64,000 bases of DNA from an uncultured virus (IMG/VR IMGVR_UViG_3300031758_003913). Taxonomy: Duplodnaviria; Heunggongvirae; Uroviricota; Caudoviricetes. Position 1 is the first letter of the stretch. Each line of letters starts with the position of its first letter. The notes beneath the pieces are model-generated. The model searched no databases, was not told the origin of the DNA, and was given only the letters and a program-made list of their open reading frames with translations. Location of the stretch: positions 1 through 64,000 of IMG/VR virus record IMGVR_UViG_3300031758_003913, one strand, 5' to 3'. This document shows, in pieces, positions 10,038-18,840 of the stretch. The translations under genes were made by a program, and so were the position numbers.

Positions 10038-10264
10038 AACTACATGAATCAGTTGCACACACTCGTAGAGAAATGACAATTAAAGAACACGATGGTTATC
10101 GTGTACGCATGGTAAAACACGAAGTACTAAACCCTAAGGGATTGTTTAGTCTTGAACTTATTCAAGAAAGTTTAAAAGACGGTGAAGTTGCCGATAGTCA
10201 AACATACAATTTTTTTATGACTAAAGAAGAACTTCAAGCATTGGCCTACGGTTTAACGCAATGA
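10034..10264 (+). CDS. Hypothetical protein
   Basis: ORF track; 4-nt overlaps on both sides. Confidence 0.7.
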   Translation: MKLHESVAHTRREMTIKEHDGYRVRMVKHEVLNPKGLFSLELIQESLKDGEVADSQTYNFFMTKEELQALAYGLTQ

Positions 10265-10806
10265 AGAAACTCTACTACACTTGGTCTGATATTCAACACA
10301 TGTGTGTAGGCATCAGTATGCAGATGTACAAAGATAATTGGCGTCCAGACTACATTGTTGGTATTACTCGTGGCGGTGCTATACCTGCTGTAATACTAAG
10401 TCATCTAACTGATATTCCTATGCGCCCACTAGAAGTTAGTCTGCGTGATGGTGGCCAATGTGTAAGTGATTTAGGTATAGCTGAAGATGCATTTGGGGTT
10501 GTATCACCTGAAGAGCAATTGACATTAAAGAGTAGATGGGATATTTCAAAAAGAAAGAATATCCTTGTTATCGATGATATCAACGATACCGGTGCTACGT
10601 TTAATTGGATCAAAGAAGATTGGTCTAGTGGATGTTTTCCAAACGAAGATTCAGCATGGAATAGTGTGTGGGGTAAGAACGTTAGATTTGCAGTGCTAAC
10701 TAACAATCTAAGTTCTAAGTTTGACGAAGTTAGCTACTACAGTACAGAAGTAAACAAGGCAGAAGAAGATGTTTGGTTAGTATATCCATGGGAACAATCA
10801 GAATGA
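10261..10806 (+). CDS. Type I purine phosphoribosyltransferase (Gpt-like)
   Basis: VGITRGG, ILVIDDINDTGAT (PRPP loop), WLVYPWE. Confidence 0.9.
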   Translation: MKKLYYTWSDIQHMCVGISMQMYKDNWRPDYIVGITRGGAIPAVILSHLTDIPMRPLEVSLRDGGQCVSDLGIAEDAFGVVSPEEQLTLKSRWDISKRKNILVIDDINDTGATFNWIKEDWSSGCFPNEDSAWNSVWGKNVRFAVLTNNLSSKFDEVSYYSTEVNKAEEDVWLVYPWEQSE

Positions 10807-11054
10807 CACTACCTGACGAAAGGTATCGAGCAGTGGTACAGACTCAAAAATTTTTAGTTGAGATTCTGAATACTCCTCGAGTCCCGAAAGCAATTAAAGA
10901 CGGCGCTAGACATTGTTTGCGTCATTATCCTAGCGACTGGGATATGAAACGTGCAGCCGACGGCGCACCAGATGTATTCCAAGAACAAATGGAAGCAGTA
11001 ACTCGTTTATTTAAATCCTATGAGGAACAGAAAAATGCCAGGACCATGGACTAA
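10803..11054 (+). CDS. Hypothetical protein (MTLPDERYRAV...LRHYP)
   Basis: ATGA overlap with the PRTase; start moved to 10803. Confidence 0.7.
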   Translation: MTLPDERYRAVVQTQKFLVEILNTPRVPKAIKDGARHCLRHYPSDWDMKRAADGAPDVFQEQMEAVTRLFKSYEEQKNARTMD

Positions 11055-11388
11055 CGTATTAATTGATTCTAAAGATTTTACAGTATACAAGGACGGATTT
11101 CCTGTAACTGACGGACATTTATTGTTTGTACCTAAAGTAGAAGATTGGTCTCACATGGTAAAATGTTGGGAAGCAGCCTACAAGTGGGGTTATGACTGGG
11201 TTGAGCGTGGATACTGCGATGCATTTAATATTGGACAAAATGTAGGCGAGGCAGCAGGCCAAACTGTTATGTATCCGCACATACACTTAATTCCCCGTAG
11301 AAAGGGAGACATGGAAGATCCTAGAGGCGGAGTACGTCATGTTATACCAGAAAAAGGCAACTATAAAAAGGAAACTATATGCAAGTAA
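11035..11388 (+). CDS. HIT family nucleotide hydrolase
   Basis: PVTDGHLLFVPK, NVGEAAGQTV, HIHLIPRRKGD. Confidence 0.9.
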   Translation: MPGPWTNVLIDSKDFTVYKDGFPVTDGHLLFVPKVEDWSHMVKCWEAAYKWGYDWVERGYCDAFNIGQNVGEAAGQTVMYPHIHLIPRRKGDMEDPRGGVRHVIPEKGNYKKETICK

Positions 11389-11558
11389 GAGTAAAAGAAG
11401 ATGTTAACGAAATCGGTAACTGCGGATGTGGTCGCAGTCCTACAGGTAAATGTATTGGTTGGCACGGACTGCCTGAAGAAGAATTTAGACAACGTTTAGC
11501 TGAGTATGAAGATAAGCAATTAAAAGAAGCATTAGAACAAGGAGACAATGATGCGTAA
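11379..11558 (+). CDS. Small CDGSH-like Cys3His metal/[2Fe-2S] protein, 59 aa
   Basis: Hand-translated MQVRVKEDVNEIGNCGCGRSPTGKCIGWHGLPEEE...; absent from the track. Confidence 0.65.
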   Translation: MQVRVKEDVNEIGNCGCGRSPTGKCIGWHGLPEEEFRQRLAEYEDKQLKEALEQGDNDA

Positions 11559-11754
11559 AGAACTACTACAAGCCAGTAAAGCACATTTTGAATCACATAT
11601 TTTAAAACATAGAATGAATGTTGAAACTATGTTACGGAACCCAATTGCTATTCCAGAGCATACAGACATAATGAGTGCTATTGAAGCAGAGATAGCTCAA
11701 ATTGCAGAATATGATGATAAGCTAGAAATGCTTAACAAATATTTTTCAGAATGA
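11548..11754 (+). CDS. Hypothetical protein
   Basis: GGAG SD; ORF track. Confidence 0.7.
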   Translation: MMRKELLQASKAHFESHILKHRMNVETMLRNPIAIPEHTDIMSAIEAEIAQIAEYDDKLEMLNKYFSE

Positions 11755-11783
11755 TTGACAACGATCTAAATAAAGTATATAAT
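11755..11783 (+). promoter_or_regulatory. Consensus sigma70 promoter TTGACA-N17-TATAAT upstream of folE
   Basis: Perfect match read directly in an intergenic gap. Confidence 0.85.
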
Positions 11784-11823
11784 TTAACAATAGACATCCA
11801 CGTCTATAACTCGGAGAATAAAA

Positions 11824-12663
11824 TTGACAAAAGCAGAATTTAAACCGGATCCGATAATGAACGGTCCTGACAACAGGGAGTTTGTTGAAGAGAAATATGA
11901 ACCATTGGGTAAGCCGGTTTATATTAAAAAAGAAACAGCACTTGACGCAATGGCAGGTGACGGCGGATATAAGGAATCTAGTCTATCTGCTGTACTACGT
12001 GCTAAAATGAAAAGAGAAGGAAAGAGATATTGGGCTGGAGACAATATAAGTGATTACTTACACGAAAGTGATAAAGAACATTTAATCAACGAAGCTACAG
12101 AAGCATTTGAACAAGTATTAGATACTTTGTTGATTGATCGTGAAAACGATCCTAACTCGCATGGTACAGCAAGACGGCTTGCTAAAATGTACTTCAACGA
12201 AATTATGAGTGGCAGATATGAACCAGGACCAGACGCAACAGCATTTCCAAACGACTCGCAGGACCGTTACGAAGGTATGTTGGTTGTTCGTAGTGAGCTT
12301 CGCAGTATGTGCAGTCATCATCATCAACCCGTTAGTGGCGTTGCTTATATTGGTATTATTGCCGCTCAGAAACTTATTGGGCTCAGCAAGTACACACGTA
12401 TTGCACAGTGGTGTGCTAGACGAGGCACACTCCAGGAGGAGCTTTGCAACGACATTGCCCGTGAGATTAGTAAAGCTACTGACTCCGAAAACGTAGCAGT
12501 ATACATTCAAGCAACACATGGATGTTGTGAGAATCGCGGCATTATGGCGCATAGCTCACTAACACAGACTACAGTCCTTAAAGGAACATTTAAAGATGAT
12601 CCTCATACAAAGAAAGAATTCTTTGACAATATCAAATTACAACAAGAGTTTGCACCGAGATAA
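11824..12663 (+). CDS. folE: GTP cyclohydrolase I, with N-terminal extension
   Basis: SMCSHH, IGLSK, RRGTLQE, HGCCENRG; TTG start after GGAG. Confidence 0.95.
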   Translation: MTKAEFKPDPIMNGPDNREFVEEKYEPLGKPVYIKKETALDAMAGDGGYKESSLSAVLRAKMKREGKRYWAGDNISDYLHESDKEHLINEATEAFEQVLDTLLIDRENDPNSHGTARRLAKMYFNEIMSGRYEPGPDATAFPNDSQDRYEGMLVVRSELRSMCSHHHQPVSGVAYIGIIAAQKLIGLSKYTRIAQWCARRGTLQEELCNDIAREISKATDSENVAVYIQATHGCCENRGIMAHSSLTQTTVLKGTFKDDPHTKKEFFDNIKLQQEFAPR

Positions 12664-12673
12664 GGAACAAAAT

Positions 12674-13336
12674 ATGACTACTTGGAAACTTTCACCACAA
12701 TATAAAAAATCCGCTGTTGAGCGACAATTTTGGTATAAAGACAGCAAGGTAATTATTCGCGAAGAAGGTTATCGCTGGGGTACTTTTAGCGTAGAATCAG
12801 ATGAGCGACCACTTACTGACGAAGAACTTAAAAACGAAGACGGTTACGAACTTAGCTGTATTGAAAATGACGAATGTTGGGAACTATGGGACCTAATTGA
12901 CGGATGTTGGGCAGACACTGAAGCAGGTCGTAACTGTACTGATACAGACCTTGAAGAGTTTAATACTGCTTGGGACGAAGATACATACGAAGCTGTTGAG
13001 GCGTTAGGTTGGATGCTAGACGATACAGAATATCACTACTACGGTCCTTTAGAACTTACTAATCAAGATACTGGCGAAGTATTTCAAGGCGAACCTGATA
13101 AAAATATTTCTGTAGGCGGAGTTCCTATTAAATCTGTTGAAGAAATAGTAGTTGAAGAGCCAGAAGTAACTGATTGGTTTTCTGTAAATATTAATCCTGT
13201 AAGAAACGGTACTTATCAAATTACTTCAAGTGTAACACCTAATTGGCCATTTCCTACATATGCACAATGGGACGGCAATCAATGGTCCAACGAACATGTA
13301 GTACTGTGGCGTGGTTTAATAAAGGAAACAAAATGA
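12674..13336 (+). CDS. Hypothetical acidic protein
   Basis: Start moved to ATG 12674, after AAGGA. Confidence 0.7.
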   Translation: MTTWKLSPQYKKSAVERQFWYKDSKVIIREEGYRWGTFSVESDERPLTDEELKNEDGYELSCIENDECWELWDLIDGCWADTEAGRNCTDTDLEEFNTAWDEDTYEAVEALGWMLDDTEYHYYGPLELTNQDTGEVFQGEPDKNISVGGVPIKSVEEIVVEEPEVTDWFSVNINPVRNGTYQITSSVTPNWPFPTYAQWDGNQWSNEHVVLWRGLIKETK

Positions 13337-13548
13337 ACTCAATAGACATGACTAACGATTTAATTAATCGTGCTAGAAATTTAAAAAAGTTTGAAGTTAA
13401 ACGTATGTTAGAAGACGGTATATTGTTTAACGGACCTGTGCCATTTGATATTAAAGGCAAGGATGAATGTTATTGGATTTATGCTTATGCTGTTTCACAG
13501 GAAGAAGCAGAAGCCAAAGTAGACGAGTGGTTAAAGGACAAAGTATGA
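13333..13548 (+). CDS. Hypothetical protein
   Basis: AAGGA SD; 4-nt overlap. Confidence 0.65.
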   Translation: MNSIDMTNDLINRARNLKKFEVKRMLEDGILFNGPVPFDIKGKDECYWIYAYAVSQEEAEAKVDEWLKDKV

Positions 13549-13820
13549 AATGGATTAAACGTAAATTACGTAATTGGATGTTTGAAGAAGATACTCCTGG
13601 AAAAGATATATGCATATCTAGTAGAGAAAGTGATTGCATTGAAGGCGAACCTGTGTTAAACTTTAAAGTATACAATGCAATAGGCGGCAAAGTTGTAGAG
13701 TTTCGTTACTATGATCGCATAAAGGATCGCAGTCATAACCAAACTTATATTATCACTAATGATCAAGACTTTGGCGATCGTATTGCAAAAATAGCAACCA
13801 TGGAATCATTAAAAGCATGA
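13545..13820 (+). CDS. Hypothetical protein
   Basis: AAGGA SD; ATGA overlaps. Confidence 0.65.
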   Translation: MKWIKRKLRNWMFEEDTPGKDICISSRESDCIEGEPVLNFKVYNAIGGKVVEFRYYDRIKDRSHNQTYIITNDQDFGDRIAKIATMESLKA

Positions 13821-14674
13821 GCAAAATAAAAATAGCAGAACTTTTTTACAGTATACAAGGCGAAGGTAGGTACATGGGTGTACCTAGTGTCTTTTTACGC
13901 ACATTCGGCTGCAACTTTAAATGTGCAGGCTTTGGTATGCCGCGTGATAAAATTAGTATTGAAGCAGATGATATTGCGTATACACATGCAAATATAGAGT
14001 CTTTTCAAAAATATGAAGAACTTCCGTTAGTAAGTACAGGATGTGATAGTTATGCAAGTTGGCATCCAGCATTTAAAGATCTAAGTCCAATGCTTACTAG
14101 TGATGCCATTGCTGATCGCATTATGGAGATATTGCCATACAATGAGTGGGAAGACGAACATCTTGTAATTACAGGCGGCGAACCTTTACTAGGTTGGCAA
14201 CGTGCTTATCCAGACTTGCTAAGTCATCCTAAGATGGCGGGTTTGAAAGAGATTACATTTGAAACAAACGGTACCCAGAGACTTACTCCAGAATTTAAAG
14301 AATACTTAACAGATTGGTTTCTTGGTAGTGACGAGAGAGAAGTTACATTCAGTGTAAGTGCTAAACTTCCATGTAGTGGTGAGAAGTGGGAAGAAGCAAT
14401 TCTTCCTGAAATAGTTTGTGAATACGAAAAAGTTGGTACAGCATATTTGAAGTTTGTTATTGCTACAGAACAAGATTTTGAAGATGCTAAACGTGCAACT
14501 GAAGAATATCGTGCGGCTGGTTTTGACGGGCATGTTTATCTAATGCCAGTTGGCGGTGTAGAAAGTGTGTACGCACTAAACAATAAGAATGTAGCATTAC
14601 TGGCAATGAAAAACGGATTACGCTATAGCGATCGTTTGCAAGTGCCGCTATTTAAAAATGAATGGGGTACTTAA
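13817..14674 (+). CDS. queE: 7-carboxy-7-deazaguanine synthase (radical SAM)
   Basis: ELFYSIQGEG, FLRTFGCNFKC...GCDS, ITGGEP, ETNG, SVSAK. Confidence 0.9.
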   Translation: MSKIKIAELFYSIQGEGRYMGVPSVFLRTFGCNFKCAGFGMPRDKISIEADDIAYTHANIESFQKYEELPLVSTGCDSYASWHPAFKDLSPMLTSDAIADRIMEILPYNEWEDEHLVITGGEPLLGWQRAYPDLLSHPKMAGLKEITFETNGTQRLTPEFKEYLTDWFLGSDEREVTFSVSAKLPCSGEKWEEAILPEIVCEYEKVGTAYLKFVIATEQDFEDAKRATEEYRAAGFDGHVYLMPVGGVESVYALNNKNVALLAMKNGLRYSDRLQVPLFKNEWGT

Positions 14675-15123
14675 TGAAAAAATTTATAGAAAAATTATTT
14701 GGCATAGATAAGATCAAGGCAGAAGCTGAACGTAATATGGCAATAGCTACAGCCGCTGCCAAAGCAGCCAAAACAGCCACTGAGGCTGCTGAACGTGCTG
14801 CCAAAGCAGAAGAACAAGCTAAATTGACACCAAAAGAACGTGCTACAGTTAAAGGAGAACCTTGGGTAGCGGTGCTTGATACTAAAGTTAATCCAGAAAA
14901 TATTAGGAATGGATTTTTTGAGCTTGACTGGAATGACCTTTTTATAGTACAATTAAGACAAGCTGGATACGGGTTTGAAGGTGATCCAGATGAAGAAGTT
15001 GTAGATCGTTGGTTCCGCGACATTGTATCACAAATGCTAAGTGAAGAAGGCATGGATGCAAATCGCGGCGCTGGTTATATTAATGTAGTACCAATTGCAA
15101 AAGGCAAAAGCGAAGTTTCATGA
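14674..15123 (+). CDS. Hypothetical protein with an Ala-rich helix
   Basis: TAATG overlap with queE. Confidence 0.7.
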   Translation: MKKFIEKLFGIDKIKAEAERNMAIATAAAKAAKTATEAAERAAKAEEQAKLTPKERATVKGEPWVAVLDTKVNPENIRNGFFELDWNDLFIVQLRQAGYGFEGDPDEEVVDRWFRDIVSQMLSEEGMDANRGAGYINVVPIAKGKSEVS

Positions 15124-16106
15124 GCACATACATCCTAGTAGATACTGCAAACACTTTTTTTAGAGCTCGACACGTAGTACGTGGTGACCTTGACACAAAA
15201 GTGGGCATGGCCCTGCATATTACATTCAATTCGATTAAAAAGGCTTGGACTGACTTTAATGCAGATCATGTAGTATTCTGTCTTGAGGGACGTAGCTGGC
15301 GTAAAGATTTTTATCAACCTTACAAGCGAAATCGACAAGAAACTCGTGATGCGCTCACTCCCCGTGAAGCTGAGGAAGATAAAATGTTTTGGGAAATCTT
15401 TGACGAGTTTAAAGATTTTGTACAAACTAAAACAAATTGTACTGTAATGCAACACCCACAACTAGAAGCAGATGACTTGATTGCAGGCTGGGTGCAGAAT
15501 CACCCGCATGACAATCACGTGATTATTTCTACAGACGGCGACTTTGCACAACTCATTGCACCAAACGTAAAACAATATAATGGTGTCAGTAATATTACAA
15601 CTACTCATGAAGGCTATTTTGACGACAAGGGTAAGTCTGTAATTGATAAGAAAACGAAAGAAATTAAGCCTGCCCCTAATCCAGATTGGTTGCTATTTGA
15701 AAAATGTATGCGTGGCGATACTAGTGATAATGTCTTTAGTGCATATCCTGGTGTTAGAGTTAAAGGTACTAAGAATAAAGTAGGCCTTACTGAAGCATAT
15801 GCTGATAAGAATACCAAAGGCTATGCTTGGAATAATCTCATGTTGCAACGTTGGTCCGATCACGAGGGTGTAGAACATCGTGTGTTAGACGACTATAATA
15901 GAAATGTGACTCTATGCGATTTAACAGCACAACCTTTAGAAATTAAAGAACTAATTAATAATACAATTAAACAAGCTAGCTTTCCAAAAGACATTACACA
16001 AGTTGGAATGCGACTGATTAAATTTTGTGCTAAGTGGGACATGCAACGAGTGGCCGACAATGCACAGTTATATGCTGTACCATTAAATGCGAGGTATCCG
16101 GGATGA
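15120..16106 (+). CDS. 5'-3' exonuclease / T4 RNase H-like (FEN family)
   Basis: LVD, SWRK..YKRNR, EADD, STDGD, GDTSDN. Confidence 0.9.
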   Translation: MSTYILVDTANTFFRARHVVRGDLDTKVGMALHITFNSIKKAWTDFNADHVVFCLEGRSWRKDFYQPYKRNRQETRDALTPREAEEDKMFWEIFDEFKDFVQTKTNCTVMQHPQLEADDLIAGWVQNHPHDNHVIISTDGDFAQLIAPNVKQYNGVSNITTTHEGYFDDKGKSVIDKKTKEIKPAPNPDWLLFEKCMRGDTSDNVFSAYPGVRVKGTKNKVGLTEAYADKNTKGYAWNNLMLQRWSDHEGVEHRVLDDYNRNVTLCDLTAQPLEIKELINNTIKQASFPKDITQVGMRLIKFCAKWDMQRVADNAQLYAVPLNARYPG

Positions 16107-16573
16107 ATAAAATGATAGCGAAAGAAATATTAGGTGGTAAATTTTGGATTGTTGAGGAAGATGGTGAAAATGTAGCTACCATTTCTTATAACGATGAAAA
16201 GTATATCCTAAGCGACAAAGCTGGCACACGATTTTTTGAAAATCAAAAACAACTTAAGAAAACCTTAGGTAACGATGTAACATGGACTGCTCTTAAAATA
16301 GCCAAAGACTATACCAAAGAAGTTCACGGCTATGCAACATCGTGTCAACCACACAATCCTATATTTGATGTAAAACGAAAACTTCCTCTTTTTACAAAAT
16401 CAGCTAAATCAAAAAGTTTATATTGTGCAGGATATTATGTGATTCACTTTGAAAAAGGTTGGGTCAAAAGTTTTTGTCCAAAGCTGATCACTGTAGAACG
16501 CTACGAAACTAAAGGTCCGTTTAGGACTGAGATAGAAATGAGACAGGAGTTAAGTCGTGTCAACACAAAATGA
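16103..16573 (+). CDS. Hypothetical protein
   Basis: ATGA overlap; start moved to 16103. Confidence 0.7.
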   Translation: MNKMIAKEILGGKFWIVEEDGENVATISYNDEKYILSDKAGTRFFENQKQLKKTLGNDVTWTALKIAKDYTKEVHGYATSCQPHNPIFDVKRKLPLFTKSAKSKSLYCAGYYVIHFEKGWVKSFCPKLITVERYETKGPFRTEIEMRQELSRVNTK

Positions 16574-16805
16574 GCCGTTAAACACTACACCTATTACGCA
16601 GTTTCTTAACCAAGTTAAGAGTGCAGATGCCAGTCGAGCCAAAGACATCCGCATAGACATACAGCAAGCTAAGGCTCTAGCATTTACTTTAGGGCTTGTT
16701 ATGACACGTTTAAACGGTGATTTAGAACAAATATTAGCTAAAAAGAACTCAGGCGACAACGAAGTAATTCAAATTCAAATAGGTTCAAGTAATCCTGGAT
16801 GGTAA
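16557..16805 (+). CDS. Hypothetical protein
   Basis: GTG start after AGGAG. Confidence 0.65.
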   Translation: MSTQNEPLNTTPITQFLNQVKSADASRAKDIRIDIQQAKALAFTLGLVMTRLNGDLEQILAKKNSGDNEVIQIQIGSSNPGW

Positions 16806-16832
16806 TAAACAGGTAATATAATGTGTTTTTGA

Positions 16833-16840
16833 TATAAATA
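16833..16840 (+). promoter_or_regulatory. T4-type late promoter TATAAATA
   Basis: Exact motif in an intergenic gap before the ORF at 16871. Confidence 0.6.
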
Positions 16841-16870
16841 TATACGTAGTTAATTTAAAGGATTGCGTAT

Positions 16871-17167
16871 ATGAGTAGACCAAAACCCACTGTGTTGTTA
16901 GATCACGTAGATAAAAAAACATACAAGAGTGAGCAAGTGCTTCGTGCTGAAGCTATTTGGGCTGTCTTTTACAAGGGCGATCCGTTTAATCTTAAAAGTT
17001 CTAACATGCTCACTAATTATCCGGGACCAAAATATAAAAAAGTTTCGTTTAGTAATCCTGGCCATGCATTTAATTTGGCAAAAAAATTAAACGAAATGTT
17101 TTCCTGCGCAGACTTCCAAGTAGTAAAATTAACTTCAGGCGAAATCGTACTTGAAGAAATACAATGA
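16871..17167 (+). CDS. Hypothetical protein
   Basis: ORF track; AAGGA upstream. Confidence 0.75.
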   Translation: MSRPKPTVLLDHVDKKTYKSEQVLRAEAIWAVFYKGDPFNLKSSNMLTNYPGPKYKKVSFSNPGHAFNLAKKLNEMFSCADFQVVKLTSGEIVLEEIQ

Positions 17168-17550
17168 ATTGGAAAGAAACATATACAAAGATATTTCTAA
17201 AACAGGCCGGAAAAGGTGTTAACGAAATATCTTTTAAAGAATATTATTCAACATGGTGGCAAAACACTAGATCCAAAGACGAAGGTGGCCTGCGTCTTAC
17301 AGATCAAGGATATCTTTTTGTCACTGATACACTTGATCTCCAAACATACGAAGTTCCTTTTCCAAAAGATTTTGAATTAACTACGCAAACCATAATTTGG
17401 TTAGATCGATTTATTACTTGTCCATATTGGTTAGGCAGAGATTCAATTATTGTAACGGACGAAAAGAAAGCTCTCGAACTTCATCTTTTTTCCGGAGACA
17501 TACGTAAATACGGATTAACCAAAGCAATGAAACGACACGATGCGGAGTAG
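17164..17550 (+). CDS. Hypothetical protein
   Basis: ATGA overlap. Confidence 0.75.
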   Translation: MNWKETYTKIFLKQAGKGVNEISFKEYYSTWWQNTRSKDEGGLRLTDQGYLFVTDTLDLQTYEVPFPKDFELTTQTIIWLDRFITCPYWLGRDSIIVTDEKKALELHLFSGDIRKYGLTKAMKRHDAE

Positions 17551-17566
17551 TTTGGTAAACTAGATC

Positions 17567-17594
17567 TTGACTTATATTGTGTAGGTGTTACAAT
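17567..17594 (+). promoter_or_regulatory. Sigma70-type promoter TTGACT-N16-TACAAT with extended -10 TG
   Basis: Intergenic; upstream of the AAA+ ATPase. Confidence 0.55.
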
Positions 17595-17644
17595 ATAAGA
17601 ACAGTAAGGCACTGACTGTTTTATAACTTAACAAGGAATACACA

Positions 17645-18736
17645 ATGGCATCGGAAAGCTCATCGGCCCGTCAACTTTCGCCTAATTCGGCAAAAGCTAG
17701 CATTAAACATGCAATCATCAAACGTCGACCAATTTTCCTGTGGGGTCCCCCAGGTATTGGTAAATCTGATGTTGTTCACCAAATTGGTGAATATATGAAC
17801 GCTCACGTAATTGACGTTCGTCTATCTCTTTGGGAACCTACAGACATTAAAGGTATTCCTTACTTTGATTCTAATCAAGGTAAAATGGTTTGGGCTCCTC
17901 CGGCAGAATTGCCTGATGAGATCATGGCATCAAAGCACGAAAATATTATTTTGTTCTTAGATGAAATGAATAGTGCGGCTCCTAGCGTACAGGCAGCGGC
18001 TTATCAATTAGTTTTGAACCGTCGAGTTGGACAATACAAATTGCCCGATAACGTGTTTATTGTTGCAGCCGGTAATCGAGAAGCTGACAAAGGTGTTACT
18101 TATCGTATGCCTGCTCCGTTAGCTAACCGTTTTGTTCACTTGGAAATGGCTGTCAATTTTGATGACTGGTTCCAATGGGCTGTAAATCATAGTATCCACA
18201 GAGACGTTGTAGGCTTCTTGACTTTTAGCAAGAAGGACCTCTACGACTTTGATCCAAAGTCCCCTAGCCGTTCGTTTGCTACTCCACGTTCGTGGTCCTT
18301 TGTTAGCGAACTGTTAGATGACGAGCTTGATAGCAATACACTTACTGACCTAGTCTCTGGCGCAGTCGGTGAAGGTCTTGCTGTTAAGTTTATGGCGCAC
18401 CGCAAGGTTGCCAGTCAGATGCCTAATCCAACAGATATTTTGGATGGCAAGGTAAAGGAGCTGAAGACTAAAGAAATCAGTGCCATGTATTCCTTGACAG
18501 TCTCGCTCTGCTACGAGCTAAAAGAGGCGTCTGACAAGAGCGATAAGAAGTTTGACAATAAAGTTAACAATTTCCTGCGCTTTGCAATGGATAATTTTGA
18601 AACTGAATTGGTTGTTATGGGCATCAAACTCGCTCTTACTCAGTACAGCTTGCCAATTGATCCGGACGAAGTCGAATGTTTTGACGAGTTCCACAGTCGA
18701 TTTGGTAAGTATATTACTGCCGCTCAAAAGGCGTAA
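17645..18736 (+). CDS. MoxR-like AAA+ ATPase
   Basis: Walker A GPPGIGKS, Walker B LFLDE, AAGN, PLANRF, TPRSW. Confidence 0.92.
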   Translation: MASESSSARQLSPNSAKASIKHAIIKRRPIFLWGPPGIGKSDVVHQIGEYMNAHVIDVRLSLWEPTDIKGIPYFDSNQGKMVWAPPAELPDEIMASKHENIILFLDEMNSAAPSVQAAAYQLVLNRRVGQYKLPDNVFIVAAGNREADKGVTYRMPAPLANRFVHLEMAVNFDDWFQWAVNHSIHRDVVGFLTFSKKDLYDFDPKSPSRSFATPRSWSFVSELLDDELDSNTLTDLVSGAVGEGLAVKFMAHRKVASQMPNPTDILDGKVKELKTKEISAMYSLTVSLCYELKEASDKSDKKFDNKVNNFLRFAMDNFETELVVMGIKLALTQYSLPIDPDEVECFDEFHSRFGKYITAAQKA

Positions 18737-18747
18737 TATAGAGTTTA

Positions 18748-18783
18748 TGGGCGTTTCTCCAAAAAACGCCCACTTTCTTTCTT
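18748..18783 (+). terminator. Rho-independent terminator-like hairpin
   Basis: TGGGCGTTT-loop-AAACGCCCA followed by CTTTCTTTCTT. Confidence 0.6.
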
Positions 18784-18809
18784 GACTTTATCCGCAAATG
18801 CTGTATAAT
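18782..18809 (+). promoter_or_regulatory. Sigma70-type promoter TTGACT-N16-TATAAT
   Basis: Intergenic; upstream of AGGAG and the ATG at 18841. Confidence 0.6.
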
Positions 18810-18840
18810 ACATATATACAGTTACATAGGAGTATAGCAT

